Below, one piece after another: positions 22,427 to 33,544 of a stretch of 63,846 bases of DNA. A program made the translations under genes and the position numbers. This DNA comes from Vitrella brassicaformis CCMP3155 (taxonomy: Eukaryota > Protista > Chromerida), in assembly GCA_001179505.1 (NCBI GenBank), contig CDMY01000251.1:1-63846 (forward strand), written 5' to 3'. The notes below the pieces were generated by a model, which saw only the letters and a program-made list of their open reading frames with translations, did no database searches and was not told where the DNA came from. Each line of letters starts with the position of its first letter. The first letter of the stretch is position 1.

Positions 22427-25400
22427 TTAAGCCGTGAAATTTACTACTGAGATATCAATCGCGCAGTCTGAGAGAGCAGTCTGTCTGGTGGGGCTGTACA
22501 CACACGCGCACACACACACACGTTTACATGCAGTCTGAGTGAGCGCGCTGTCAGGACACGCAAACAGACGGACAGACTGTACACCGAAAGACCATACAGA
22601 CGCGAGTGCCTTACACCCAATAACATACCTTACTCTAGCCATCCCACCCCTTCCCCATCACCTACCTACACCTGTCCGCTCCACGCCACTCACTCACCAA
22701 AGAGAGTGGCCAGCCTCGCCTTGGCTCTCCTCCTGTCGGCATGCAAGGCGTGTGCGACCCCCTTTCCCGTTTCAGCCCTGCCGTGGACGGCCCCCTCCCG
22801 CCCACCGGCCACCTCCCTTATCTGCTGCAGCGTCTCCTTCCGCCGCTCCTCATGCTCACGCTGACGACCCAGAGACGACGCCAAAGACACATAACGGTGC
22901 ACCAACTCACGAGGCCCCGGACGGTACGGCAACGACGTGGGCCATGTGCTGCTGCTGCTGTCGTCAGCTGGTGTGGCTGTGTTGTCGACTATCTGCCACC
23001 GCTTGTCGAGGCTGGCTATGGTGTCCTCGGTGATGCGTGCGCCATGCAGAAGGGGCGGAACCGACAGGGGAGAGTGGGGTGCCGCCGGGGCTTCTGCCTC
23101 GTCGCTCCGTCGCACGAAGGAGTGCATGAAAGGCGTGATGCATGGGGGGCCGAAGTCGCACTCGGGAGCAGAGAGTGACAAGTGGTCCGTGACTGCTGTC
23201 CTGGCCCCTTCCGTGACGGGCAGCGCGGGGCATCCCTCAAACATGGAAGCCACCATCTCTGCCGACAGGTCCTCCGAAGAGATCAGCTTGACGCCGCCCT
23301 CGCCCCGCTCCGCCATCCCCTTCCGCAGGCGCCTCACAAACGCCATCTGAGGGATCAGGGGCCACGCATCGTCGCCGCCCTCCTCTCTTCCCTCTGTAGC
23401 CGATGACGGCTGCACGGCCAGCGGGTCAGACGAGAGGAGGGAGCGGCATGCGCAGTAGGGCGATGGGAGCCAGGAGGGGTTTGGGGCGGCTGCGAGGGGG
23501 GTGGGGTGCTGCTGGTCCTCCTCCTGCGGGATGGCGGTGGTCGTGTGCAGCTCGCAGTCCAGCAGGCCGCATGAGGCAAGGTGATGCGTGTACTCGCCTG
23601 ACGCGGACACAGATAACTTGAGACAATAGGTGGCACATTTGCTGACACTTCGTTGATCGCTCACCGGCAGAGCACAGCTGGTTGAGCACTTCAATAACGT
23701 CTGATGGCTCTATGCCGGCCGAGCGAGCTGAATTAAGGATTTCTAGCCTACAGAAGCAGCACGACAGAGAAGGCACAGGAGTCCATACACAGCCCCACGC
23801 CACTCATGCCTCAGTGAGAGCGACAGGCCTTACAGGAGGACCGGCTTGCCAGGTTCCATGAGCCGCTTCAGCCATTCAGGCACATCGGCAGCATCACCGG
23901 CGCGAGCCGGTATGTCGCTCTCCGATTGCGGCTCCTCCTTCTTCACCTCTCCATCCTCCTCAGCCTTGGTCGACATCGGCTGTGGTTGGGCCACGAGCTC
24001 TAGCGGCGTGTCGTGTGGTTTGGACTCCAACAGATACCGCAACAGGTAGTTGTCCTGCATGGCCATGCAATACAGAAAGAGCGACAATGGCGTGGCAAGC
24101 GTCTCTCTCCTGTCTGTCTCGTGACCACTGACCGCTCTGGCAACTCGCTTCTTCCAATCATCAGTGCCGGTGTCATCCATTCCACCTAGTTGGTCATCCT
24201 CAGCCCCACCAGAACACTCTCGCCCCTCAGTGTCGCTCTCGTCACCTTCATGGTCGCCCTCCTGGCCGTCCATGGCACCGCTCCCCGTCTCCATTGCTCT
24301 GAGCAGCCGCTGCACCCGCTGCGGCAACAGACGCCGAAGCGGCACGTCAGCCATGGGGATGTCCGCCAGCAACGCGCTGATGGACAAAGGCGGAGAGGGA
24401 TGGAGCCCTTGGTCGTAGTCGGCGTCGTATACAGGCTTGTCCAAGCCTGACATCTTGGAGGGCTGCGTGGCTTGTGTGTTGGAGGAGGCCGAGTGTGGAT
24501 GTGGGGCAGCGTCAGGTGGAGACTCGAAGATCGGCGTCCACATGTGCTGACCTGATCAACACAGAGAGGGCGAGAGCATCACACGAACGCTCTTGACGGA
24601 CCGACCAACATGCCCCTTGTCTTCCTTGACTCACCGTCTGTCGTGACGCCCAGCACAGACACAACAGGCTCCCTGCCACGTGATGATGGAGATCCGTCGC
24701 CCCTCTCGTCACTCATCGTGGGCAGCACACACGCCCCCACGAGCCCACGAAACAGAGCTGTGGACCTGCCTGAGTCGCTCCGTCGGCGAGAGCCCCCCAC
24801 ATCCATCGGCACGTGCACCTGTGGGTACACCTTCATGTGGTAGGGAGGGCGTCCCTGGGCCATGTGGAAGGGCGGGGGGAAGGGAATCCGTGACAGCCCC
24901 TCACCGGACGGCGGGACATCGCACTCAAGCGGCGTGCAGACCACGTATGGGTAGGCGGGGGCGAAAGCGGTGACGAGACTCCGGCCGGTGGGCAATTCGG
25001 TCCACTCGAGTCGACGGAAGAACGAACCAGTGACGCGGAGAGCAGGGAGGGGCAGCTGCTTCAGGGGCACTGGCAGCTTCCTCAGGTCCACAATCACCAA
25101 CGAGTTGGTCTCAGCCGATGCAGCCGCCACAAGGTAGGGCTTGCCGGGGTGCCTCTCGACGGCCGTGAAGAGGTCCCTCCAGTGGGCGGAGACGCCCTGC
25201 CTGGGTCTGTCGACTCCCACTTCCAGCAGGGTCTCCCTCCCCACCCGCCTCATCCCCACGGCCATCCGCCCCTCTCGCGCATCAAGGGTCCACAGCGCCC
25301 CACCGCCCACAATAAGGTGCGACGGGTGCATGCCGTACGTCACCGACAGGAAGATCTCGTCCTCCAGACTCATATGGCCGCTGGCGACCTTGCGGCTGCG

Positions 25401-26492
25401 CATCGATTGGGGGACAGCTGAGGGCACCGGGGCGCCGAGCCGCGTCAGCTGGAAGATTTCTTGCCCGTCGCCACGTTGAAGGGTGCCCACCTGGCCCTTC
25501 TTGTCCACGGGTTGCGGCTCGCTCGACTGGAAGTGGAGCCCGTCCCACATGCAGGTGCCCTGGTTTACCGCAGCGTCCCACAGCAGCACTTTCCGCGACT
25601 CCGTGACGATAGCAGCGTAGGCGAAATCGAAAGGCGAGACCGCCATGCCGATGACCGGGGCATCCCTGTCATAGATAGACTGGAAGGCCACCGACAGATT
25701 GCCGCACCCATCGCCGTTTGCTGAAAACGACTCATCGCCATCCGCATCTGACACAGATAGAGATGCAACCCAACCACCAAGGATCGATTAATTGATCACG
25801 TGCGCATGAGGCTGCGGCATTGCATTCACGGCCGTGCTTTGCTTACGCGGCAGGAAGTGGGCGACCGCGAAGTGCCGCTTGGACCTTGCGTAGATGAGCG
25901 TCTGGTCGGCGTGCTTGTCGTCCACCCGCAGCTCCAACAAGGCATCAGTGGCGCCCTTGATGCGCACCTCACTCATACCACTGACAGTCAGCCGCCGCCT
26001 CTTGGCCCCTCGCTCCTCTCTGCCCCCGTCTTCACCGTCTTGTGCCACCGGCAGCTCCACACTCGCCCAACTCTCACCACCCCCACCGCCACCGAGCCCT
26101 ATCTCCATCTCGTAATCATCCCCCTCGCCGTCCGCATCCGCCTCCCTTGCGCACCCAGATTCGTGGTAGCCGATCCGCCCAACACATATCCTCTCCATGT
26201 TCTCCCCAGTGGGCTGACAGATGTAGGCTTTGTCGTGCAGGCGAAACGAGGCAGCAGCACCGACGGTCCCCCGATGGAACTGTGGCTGGTAGGCCGCCTT
26301 GAGCTTGTTGGCGTCGCCTCCAGACGGGTCGCCGGCGGTGAGGAGGTGGACGCATGAGCGAGCGATGGCATCTCCCTGGGCGTCGGAGGAATGTGGGTGG
26401 TCGTGGTGGATGGGAGGGATGTGGATGGCACACCGAGGGACCGAGTAGGGTGAAGGCGACGCGAAGGAAGATGACTCGGCGATGCGACTCAT
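22427..26492 (-). CDS. TAF1C/Rrn6-like beta-propeller protein (putative RNA Pol I SL1/core factor subunit)
   Basis: Exons about 26492-25847, 25747-24635, 24551-23834, a short exon near 23780-23670, a large exon to about 22695, and probable small terminal exons to 22427. Motifs IYARSKRHFAVAHF, MAVSPFDFAYAAIVTESRKVLLWD, YGMHPSHLIVGGGALWTLDAR and LVIVDLRKLPVPL occur in the order I recall for TAF1C. 3' end uncertain (22690 if unspliced). Confidence 0.6.
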
Positions 26493-26572
26493 GCGCGATG
26501 AGTCATCGGCGCCCGAAGGAGAGCATGTTAGTGGGGAGAGGAAGTGATGCGATTCAACTCACGAATTCGGGG

Positions 26573-26582
26573 AAGCTCGCAA
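26573..26582 (-). promoter_or_regulatory. Candidate promoter element TTGCGAGCTT between two tandem minus-strand genes
   Basis: AAGCTCGCAA on + strand, about 80 bp upstream of ATG 26492, inside a 142-bp gap after the stop at 26635. Confidence 0.5.
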
Positions 26583-26634
26583 ATCACTGTTTACGAATGG
26601 CATGCAATGGGGCTGTGTCATGGCTACAGTCAAG

Positions 26635-28641
26635 TCAAGCTAATCTGAATCTCTTCCTCGCCCGGCTCACGTCCTTGACCATCCGTCGGATTCGCCGCCA
26701 AATCCCTCGCGCTCTCCTTTGTTGGTCTCTTGCGGCCTTGTCCACCTGATGTTTGAGGAGGGAAGAACGGGGCGGGCAGGGAGGTAAAGAGGACATCAGG
26801 CAGGCCAGGAGGTGGTGTGTGGATGTGTTTGCAGTGTCGCTGACCTCGCCTTTCTTCGACGGCTCGTTTGCTACCGATGTAAACAGATATCTGCTGGGAG
26901 GGACCCTCGGAGGCGCACGTGCATCTGCAGTGGGTGCAGACACAAGAGATCCGACACACCAGACACGTCGCTCGCTGCCCCTTTGTGTCCAGCTGCATGT
27001 CTATGTGCTCGCTCACGCTTGAATGTATTGACGTAGTTCTGTAGGTAGATGGCCGTTGTGAAGAACGACTTGCACGTGTCGATGGGCGCCCGCGGCTTGT
27101 CGAGGTCATACCGCAACGAGAACTGCACATACGTCTCCATCGACGCACAGTCGGCGGGGGTCCCTGAGACACCCTCCCCTTGCCGCAGCTCCCCGGCCTC
27201 TGCAGCCGTCAAGCCTCGCGAGAGGCAGTAGTGAATGAGGCCATCTACGATAGCATGGCTGGTCTGCCATGTCGCTAAATTGACGGATCGCAGCATGAGG
27301 CGGCAGTGGGTGAAGAGCTCGCCAGGCACCTCCACGCGAGGCATCTCCTTCGTTCAAGCAGAAAAAAAGGACACACACGCGAATGCAATGCAGCCAGCCT
27401 CGGCCCCCTTTTGCTTCTTTGCTCACCGGTCCGAGGTCATAGTAGTATTTCGTTTCTTGTTCTTCTTGTGTTGGGTCGTGGACATGCTTCCTTCCGCCCA
27501 GTGCGGCCACGGCGGGATGAGCGGTTCCCGTGGTGTGAGGGACGAGGTGCAGGTTGACGACGGCGGCCTTCATGGCCTCGATGGACGAATACACTTGCTG
27601 CAGTGCACGCAGAAGGGATAGTTGATGGAAGGCGCCAATGGCTGGCATGGCTTGTTTGCAGTCCACCCATCAGGCAGGGAGGCAGACTGACCGAGCAGAC
27701 ACTGTTGAGGTCTCCCACGTCTGTGCGGTTGAAGTGGGAGATGAGGGCCATGGCTGTGAGGTCGTCGAACACCTGGCAAAGCGCCTCCCCCACGCCATTC
27801 GTCTTGGCACACCTGCAGGGGCAGCGCACATCAGTCGTGTGGTCTGAGGCAGGCAGGCAGGCAGGTCACCCACCACTTCCACACGCCATTTCTGGCGTCC
27901 TGGATGGTCCGCTCGTCGTCAGTGCCCGGCAACCCGCCGCCCACCTGCACGGAGAGAGCGTTGGCAGTTCGGCCTCGGCGTGTGTGTGCCGTACCACTTG
28001 AAATAGCTGGCCGCAATCGAGAAGAAACGTAGACTCCTCCATATTCACAGGCTGGAACTGCACACACACACACATGACGCCGTCCATCCATCCATCCATC
28101 CACTGGTGTTCTCCCTCCCGCCCATCTCTCTCCTCCTTTGTGCTGGGCTGACTGACCATTGAGGCGACACACGATATCCCTCTGCAGGGCTCCTTTTGTG
28201 AGTTCGGGACCGACATATCTGAAAGCCCCGCCCCAACCTGCAGAGCCTCACCCGCACCGACACCAGCGGGGTGGCTGCGGGCGATGTCACGATACACGCA
28301 TCCGAACCCCCTGAAAGGAAACACACGCGAGTCCATGGGTTGTCTGCCCTGCCACCCACTACCACCCACCTGGAGCAGTGCGTTCCTCCGAAGGAAGGTA
28401 TGGCATGATTCGCGGTGGCAGGGAGGCCCTTCCTGAGGATGGATCTCCTCACCGACTCATAGATCTGCTGCTGGCCGACGCCGAGGCGTGCAGGTTCTTC
28501 GCCTTGTGGTGTTCTCTCACCCTGGGCTTCCGTCGCTGGTGCCTTTGCAAAGAGGGAACGCACCACAGCCGATCCATGGATTTGCGGCGCCTCGAGCAAG
28601 AGAGCAGTAATCAGAAGCGAAATGCATCCAAGCCAATCCAT
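26635..28641 (-). CDS. Hypothetical secreted Cys-containing protein, about 8-9 exons
   Basis: Signal-peptide-like start MDWLGCISLLITALLLEAPQIHG. Exon chain …PSFGGTHCSR|GFGCVYRD…ASM|FQPVNMEE…|…EMPRVEVPGELFTHCRLML…YVNTFK|HARAPP…KKGE|VDKAARDQ…RKRFRLA*. One internal junction unresolved. Confidence 0.65.
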
Positions 28642-28697
28642 GCCTCCTGCATCGGGTGGTGGTGGTTAAGGGTAAGATTTTTCTGCGTCAGGCATTT

Positions 28698-28705
28698 TGC
28701 GAGCT
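28698..28705 (+). promoter_or_regulatory. Candidate promoter element TGCGAGCT (TTGCGAGCTT)
   Basis: In the 188-bp spacer between divergent ATGs 28641 and 28830. Confidence 0.5.
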
Positions 28706-28829
28706 TGAATGTGAGCGTGCAACCCCTTTCCAGTGAGCAATAGTTTGCTTGTTGCTCGGCGGCTCCAACAGCAAGACGCCTTCCTTGCCGGTTCAGTCTT
28801 TGATCGATTTCAGCCTAGCTCTCGCACAC

Positions 28830-29558
28830 ATGGCGACTGAGGCTCAGGTTCCCACTACCGAGCAGCCCAAGGCTGAGACCACTGCTGCCGCCGCCGGTAA
28901 GGCACCCAACGCACACACACGCTCGCATGCACGTCGCACGAGGCAGAAAGGGGGTCACAGGGCGGAGAAATGGCAGTGACGGGGAGGCGGGAAGGCCGTG
29001 GATGGGTGCCGTGAAGGCGTATGTGGCGCATGTGATGTCATGTGGGAGTGGGAATGGCCTGCATGGGTGCCAGAATGGCATGTCTCCCTCATCCGAGTTG
29101 GGTCCTGCATCGCTCATGCGTCCCTTTGGTCTCTCTGTGCGCCTGCCTTGTGTGTGTGTGCAGCGTACCCGGCTGGTGCAGTGCCTGCTCAGTACTACTA
29201 CCCCCAGGCTGGGGCGTATCCTTCCGTTGGCGGCGTTGGCGCTCCCGGGTGCGCCTCACACTGACTGCACATCACATGCACGGGACACATGTCTCTGCCC
29301 AACGCGCTCTGTATCTCTGTGGCCTGTGATGTGTTGTGTGTTGTGTGCAGAGCGTATGCATCGTACGGCGTGTATCCGGGTGTGGCGGGCGCCGAGGCGG
29401 GTGCTCCTGGGGCCACGTCTGCGACCTACCCGGCCTACTCGGCCTACGGAGGCTACGACCCCTCGGCCTACCAGTACGGCGGCTACGGCTACCCCACCTC
29501 CTACCAGTACGGGGCCGCACCCGGCAAGAAGGCCTTCAAGAAGAAGTCCTGCTGCTGA
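28830..29558 (+). CDS. Small Tyr/Gly/Ala/Pro-rich protein with polybasic-CC C-terminus, 3 exons, 119 aa
   Basis: Exons 28830-28896, 29164-29248, 29351-29558 total 360 nt. MATEAQVPTTEQPK…AYPAGAVPAQYYYPQ…YQYGAAPGKKAFKKKSCC*. Confidence 0.85.
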
Positions 29559-31040
29559 ACACACACACAACACACCACTGCGACATCGCACCGCACCCAC
29601 ACAACACACGGCTGACCGACAACTCCTCGGTTGGCTGTGAGGGAGTGGGGAAGGTGTTACTGTGTGCAGTGAGTGGTGTGCGCGTGTGGTCCATGTAGCG
29701 AGGCTGATTTGCATTGCATGCCTGTGTGAGTGAGTGTGGTGTTGTGTGCGCAGACGGTCCGCTGAGATGTATCTTAATACGTCTCGTGGACTCCACCTGT
29801 GCCGTGTGTGTGGTGTGTCTGGCTGAGGTATGGATGGACCGGCCTGGCTGATCTATAGATAGATGCGTACGTATTTCGTGGATTGGATGGGTGGATGCAT
29901 GGCCATGCATGGATGGATGTGTGGATTGATGCCTAAGATAGCCCAAAATAGACAGACAGACCGATAGCGAGCGAGCGAGCGATACAGACGACACTCTCTC
30001 TCTCTCTCTGGCCGCCGAGCGACAGACAATCAGACAGACAGATATCTGACTGACGTGCCATACGGTGCATTCATTCTTACTGACACACAGCGAGGCACAG
30101 TTGAGTTGACTGAGAGAAGGAAGGCTCTTGACTGACTAAGTAGCGAATGAATTGATGGGTGGACCGGCAGGCGGACGGGATGCGATGCATCACATCATCC
30201 ATCAGCCCCGAAGCCACACGGCCACTGCATCACATCACATCACCCCTGTGAATACATAAAGCTGACTACCTACCTAGCTCTCTATCTTCCTGACCGACCA
30301 TACATACATACGACAGACACGTGCGCACAGTTTTGTTTTCCCCGGACAGACAGACACACAGACAGACAGTCCACCTGCCTAAGATTTGCCACCCTTTTCA
30401 CACCACTGACTGACTGACGCATGATACCTGTGTGTCCGTGCGTGTGCAGGAGGGTTCTTTTCGTGTGGTTGGTGGATGGATGGATGGATGGCGGCGGTTG
30501 GTGTGTCGGTGTCGGTCGTGCCGTGCGTCTGGTCGTCCGTGTGTGTGTTGCTGATGGCTCCGCTCGGACCCTTGAGCTTTGCCTGACGTGACGGCTGACT
30601 GGATGGATGGATGGATACATAAATGGTAGATGGGTGCATGCGGTGCGGTGCGGTGGGTGGGTGGGTGGACCGGCAAGGATGGCGTCTATCTTTTTTGCCA
30701 TAGATAGCCGCACACTGGGTGGGTTTTAACATCGGGCGGTTTTACATCCATCGATGGAGGGCGAGCGGACACGCGATGGACGGACCCACGCAAGGAACAA
30801 TGAAAAGATTGCTTTTCGGTTCGCATGTGTGTGAGTGCACCACTGAAATCCGACGTTGCACCGACACATCCAGGACAGACATCGCACACTAGCCAGCCAG
30901 CTGTCCTTTCAGTTACTCCCACACCAGGCACCGTCCATAATCGGCATATCAACACACATCACACAGCACAACAAAAGGCCTCACGCGAGCAGTCTGGAAA
31001 AACGACATGGCAGCCAAATATCGCCACCGCCCCTCCACAG

Positions 31041-31990
31041 TCATTCCATCGTGCAACTGGACGATGACGCCTGTCTGGCAAAGAACGGCTCCGACGATGC
31101 GTCGAGGACCTTCATGACCTCGTCGACGAAGGCCGAGAAGTGGGGGTCTCGCAGGAAGCCGCTCAGGGCCGCACGCTTGTTGGGGGCGGTGCAGATCTTC
31201 CGCAGCACATTCCGCATCATCGTATCGTCCAGGTAGCCTCGCACAGACGAACTGGCTCCTGCACAGACAGAGACTCCATCCACACATACCACACATTTGT
31301 AGCTCCGCGCGTGTGTGTGTGGGTGCTCACTCAGTGCGGCTCGGTGCGCATCCGTCAGCAGCACATCTTCATCGTCACCATCTTGGCCGCCCCCCTGCTG
31401 AGCAATGTCTTGTAGCCTCTTGTCCTCCTTTGCCTTCAGCTCGGCCTCGTGGTCGAGCCGCCTCTTCTTGATGGGACAGTCGTCGGCTGAGTGGCGCTGG
31501 AAGCACTCCTTGCCTACACACACACACACATACACATGCCATCCGTGCCGTTCGTGCTGCATGGGATGGATGGATGGATGGATGGACAGACACGTCAAGT
31601 CTACTCACTGCAGAACCGACGCTTGCAGCAGGGGAAGCGGTACTTGCCCTCTTGCGACTCACACACCACACACGGATCCTTCAGACGATGTTTCGACACA
31701 CTATCTCGCGATGACGACGGATTGCCGCACCCGCGCCCTCCCCTCCCTCTGCCGCCACGGCCTCGCCTGACGCTCCCTCTCCTCTGGTGGGGCTGTTGAG
31801 GGTGTCGTTCATGAGTTGTCTTTGCTTGTAGCTCGTCAGGCATGTTGTCCTGCGAGGGAGCACGGCCGTGGTGGGTCTCTGGCTGATGAGATGGCGGGGG
31901 AGAAGCACCGATGGATGTCGATGGATCTTCACGGTGGGTGTCTGTGGAAGAGCGCTGTTCTGAAGTAGGAGGAAGCATGGTTGGGTCCAT
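31041..31990 (-). CDS. ZNHIT3: HIT-type zinc-finger protein, ZNHIT3/Hit1-like (box C/D snoRNP assembly), 3 exons
   Basis: CVVCESQEGKYRFPCCKRRFCS|KECFQRHSADDC (zf-HIT) plus C-terminal LDDTMMRNVLRKIC…RDPHFSAFVDEVMKVL. Introns 31608-31514 and 31330-31259. Start 31990 or 32119. Confidence 0.88.
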
Positions 31991-32022
31991 TGCGGGATGC
32001 GTCTCCTTCCCTCGCAGTCTTA

Positions 32023-32030
32023 AGCTCGCA
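32023..32030 (-). promoter_or_regulatory. Candidate promoter element TGCGAGCT
   Basis: AGCTCGCA on + strand, 33 bp upstream of ATG 31990 (intergenic only if that start is used). Confidence 0.4.
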
Positions 32031-32323
32031 GCAGGAAAGGGAGAGGGACCGGAGAGGAGATCTGCCGCGTCTGTGTGGGCTGCGCATCCATCTCGGTGGG
32101 AAAGCCAAACAGCCGCCATAAAGATCTCGACGCGCACTTTTTGTCATGTATGTTGGTTGCCTCCTCAGACTTGGGCCTGTTGAGCCTGCCTGTTCCCTTC
32201 TGCTCTGGGGGTCATCGTTGACGGATGCAGGCTGCCACCTGTCGATGAAGTGACAGCTCGTTCGAGGCGTCGAGATCATCGCCTCGCCAGCGCGCATGGT
32301 CAACTGCTCCTCTCGCCGCCATC

Positions 32324-33544
32324 ATGATGTATCAATCTCCATCGGCCGTGCTCGAGCGGCCGCGCCACGACCAGCACAAGAGGCATGGCCGGCCCGGCCA
32401 AACCACGATGCGGCCTCACTGGACCTGCACCCGAGCAGAGGCGGCCATGGGTGGTGGTGCTAGGTACATGGGTCACGACTCGCAGCATGTTGAGCCGACG
32501 AGGGCGAGGACAATGCAGCAAGTGGTACCCCCCTCCGCCGGCGCCACCGGCCCATCGCAGCAGCAGGTCATGTACCCCTCCTTTTTGCCCTCTTCCACCC
32601 CTCCCCTGCCCCCCGTCCTGTCCAACCCGCCGCCACAGCCCATCCACGCGTTGATGCGGCGGCCCGACGACCACCTGCTGGCCACCTGTCCGTCGACTGG
32701 GCTGCTGCCCATGCCCAAGGGGTGTCCGAGCGCTTCCAACAGCGGCATGGCTGCCGGGGTGCGCGAAAGCAGCACCGATGGCGACTATGGGTCGATGATG
32801 AACACCGTCAGCCTTGACAAGCCGACCAGATGGGAGCTCTGTCGGCACTGCCTGCCCCCTGACTGGATACCCGTGGTCACTCTGGGTAGCCCAGTGGTGC
32901 TCTTCGGATCGCCGGCCTATCACCACAGCTGCGGGGACGGTGACGGTGGCGGTGGGTCGGCGCGACTGGGAGTGTGCCGGTCGACTGGCGAGGCCGTGAG
33001 GCTCGTCTCGAGCAACGGCTGCACCATGTGCAAGGCGGCCCTGAGGAGCGACGCAAGCAAGAATGGATATGTCGTCGGGTCTGTGGCGTACTCCACCCCG
33101 CCCCCGCCCCCCCTTCGGGAGTACACCAACACTTCATCCACCAGCTCGCCGTCAGGCGCCGGGGGCCCCCTCTCCCAGGCCCTCACGGATCTGCCAATGT
33201 CGTCGGGCAGCGGGAGCGATGTCATGACAGGTTCGTCGCGGGAGAGTCTGCTGCCGACACAGTACCACCCGGTGTGTACGGTGTATGGGGAGCCGGAGAG
33301 CCATGACGGCAGTGGTGAGGCGACTGGGCGGCGGAGGGACCAGGCTGATGGGCGGAGGGGGTATCTGCTGGAACTGCTCAACTGGAGGGGATCCGAGCAA
33401 GGTGAGCGAAGCGAGTGGCTTGCATTGCTTGCAAGGCAGCCAAATTGGGAGGGATACACACACATGATCGACGGATGCGGCTGGCTGTTGGTATTTAAAT
33501 ATTGGTGTGTTTGTCTTCTTAGACTTGTTGGCTGCGCAGCCTGA
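32324..33544 (+). CDS. Hypothetical protein (about 400 aa, Pro/Ser/Gly-rich with Cys-containing central segment)
   Basis: 406-codon ORF with protein-like content (WELCRHCLPPDWIPVVTLGSPVVLFG; GCTMCKAALRSD). Probable donor G|GTGAGC near 33402, so the true C-terminus is uncertain. Confidence 0.6.
   Translation: MMYQSPSAVLERPRHDQHKRHGRPGQTTMRPHWTCTRAEAAMGGGARYMGHDSQHVEPTRARTMQQVVPPSAGATGPSQQQVMYPSFLPSSTPPLPPVLSNPPPQPIHALMRRPDDHLLATCPSTGLLPMPKGCPSASNSGMAAGVRESSTDGDYGSMMNTVSLDKPTRWELCRHCLPPDWIPVVTLGSPVVLFGSPAYHHSCGDGDGGGGSARLGVCRSTGEAVRLVSSNGCTMCKAALRSDASKNGYVVGSVAYSTPPPPPLREYTNTSSTSSPSGAGGPLSQALTDLPMSSGSGSDVMTGSSRESLLPTQYHPVCTVYGEPESHDGSGEATGRRRDQADGRRGYLLELLNWRGSEQGERSEWLALLARQPNWEGYTHMIDGCGWLLVFKYWCVCLLRLVGCAA

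Noticed and set aside
22427-28641. One 6-kb gene covering both minus-strand units
   Set aside because: Natural stop at 26635, phase mismatch of the candidate splice sites, signal peptide versus nuclear-type domain, and a promoter-like motif in the gap.
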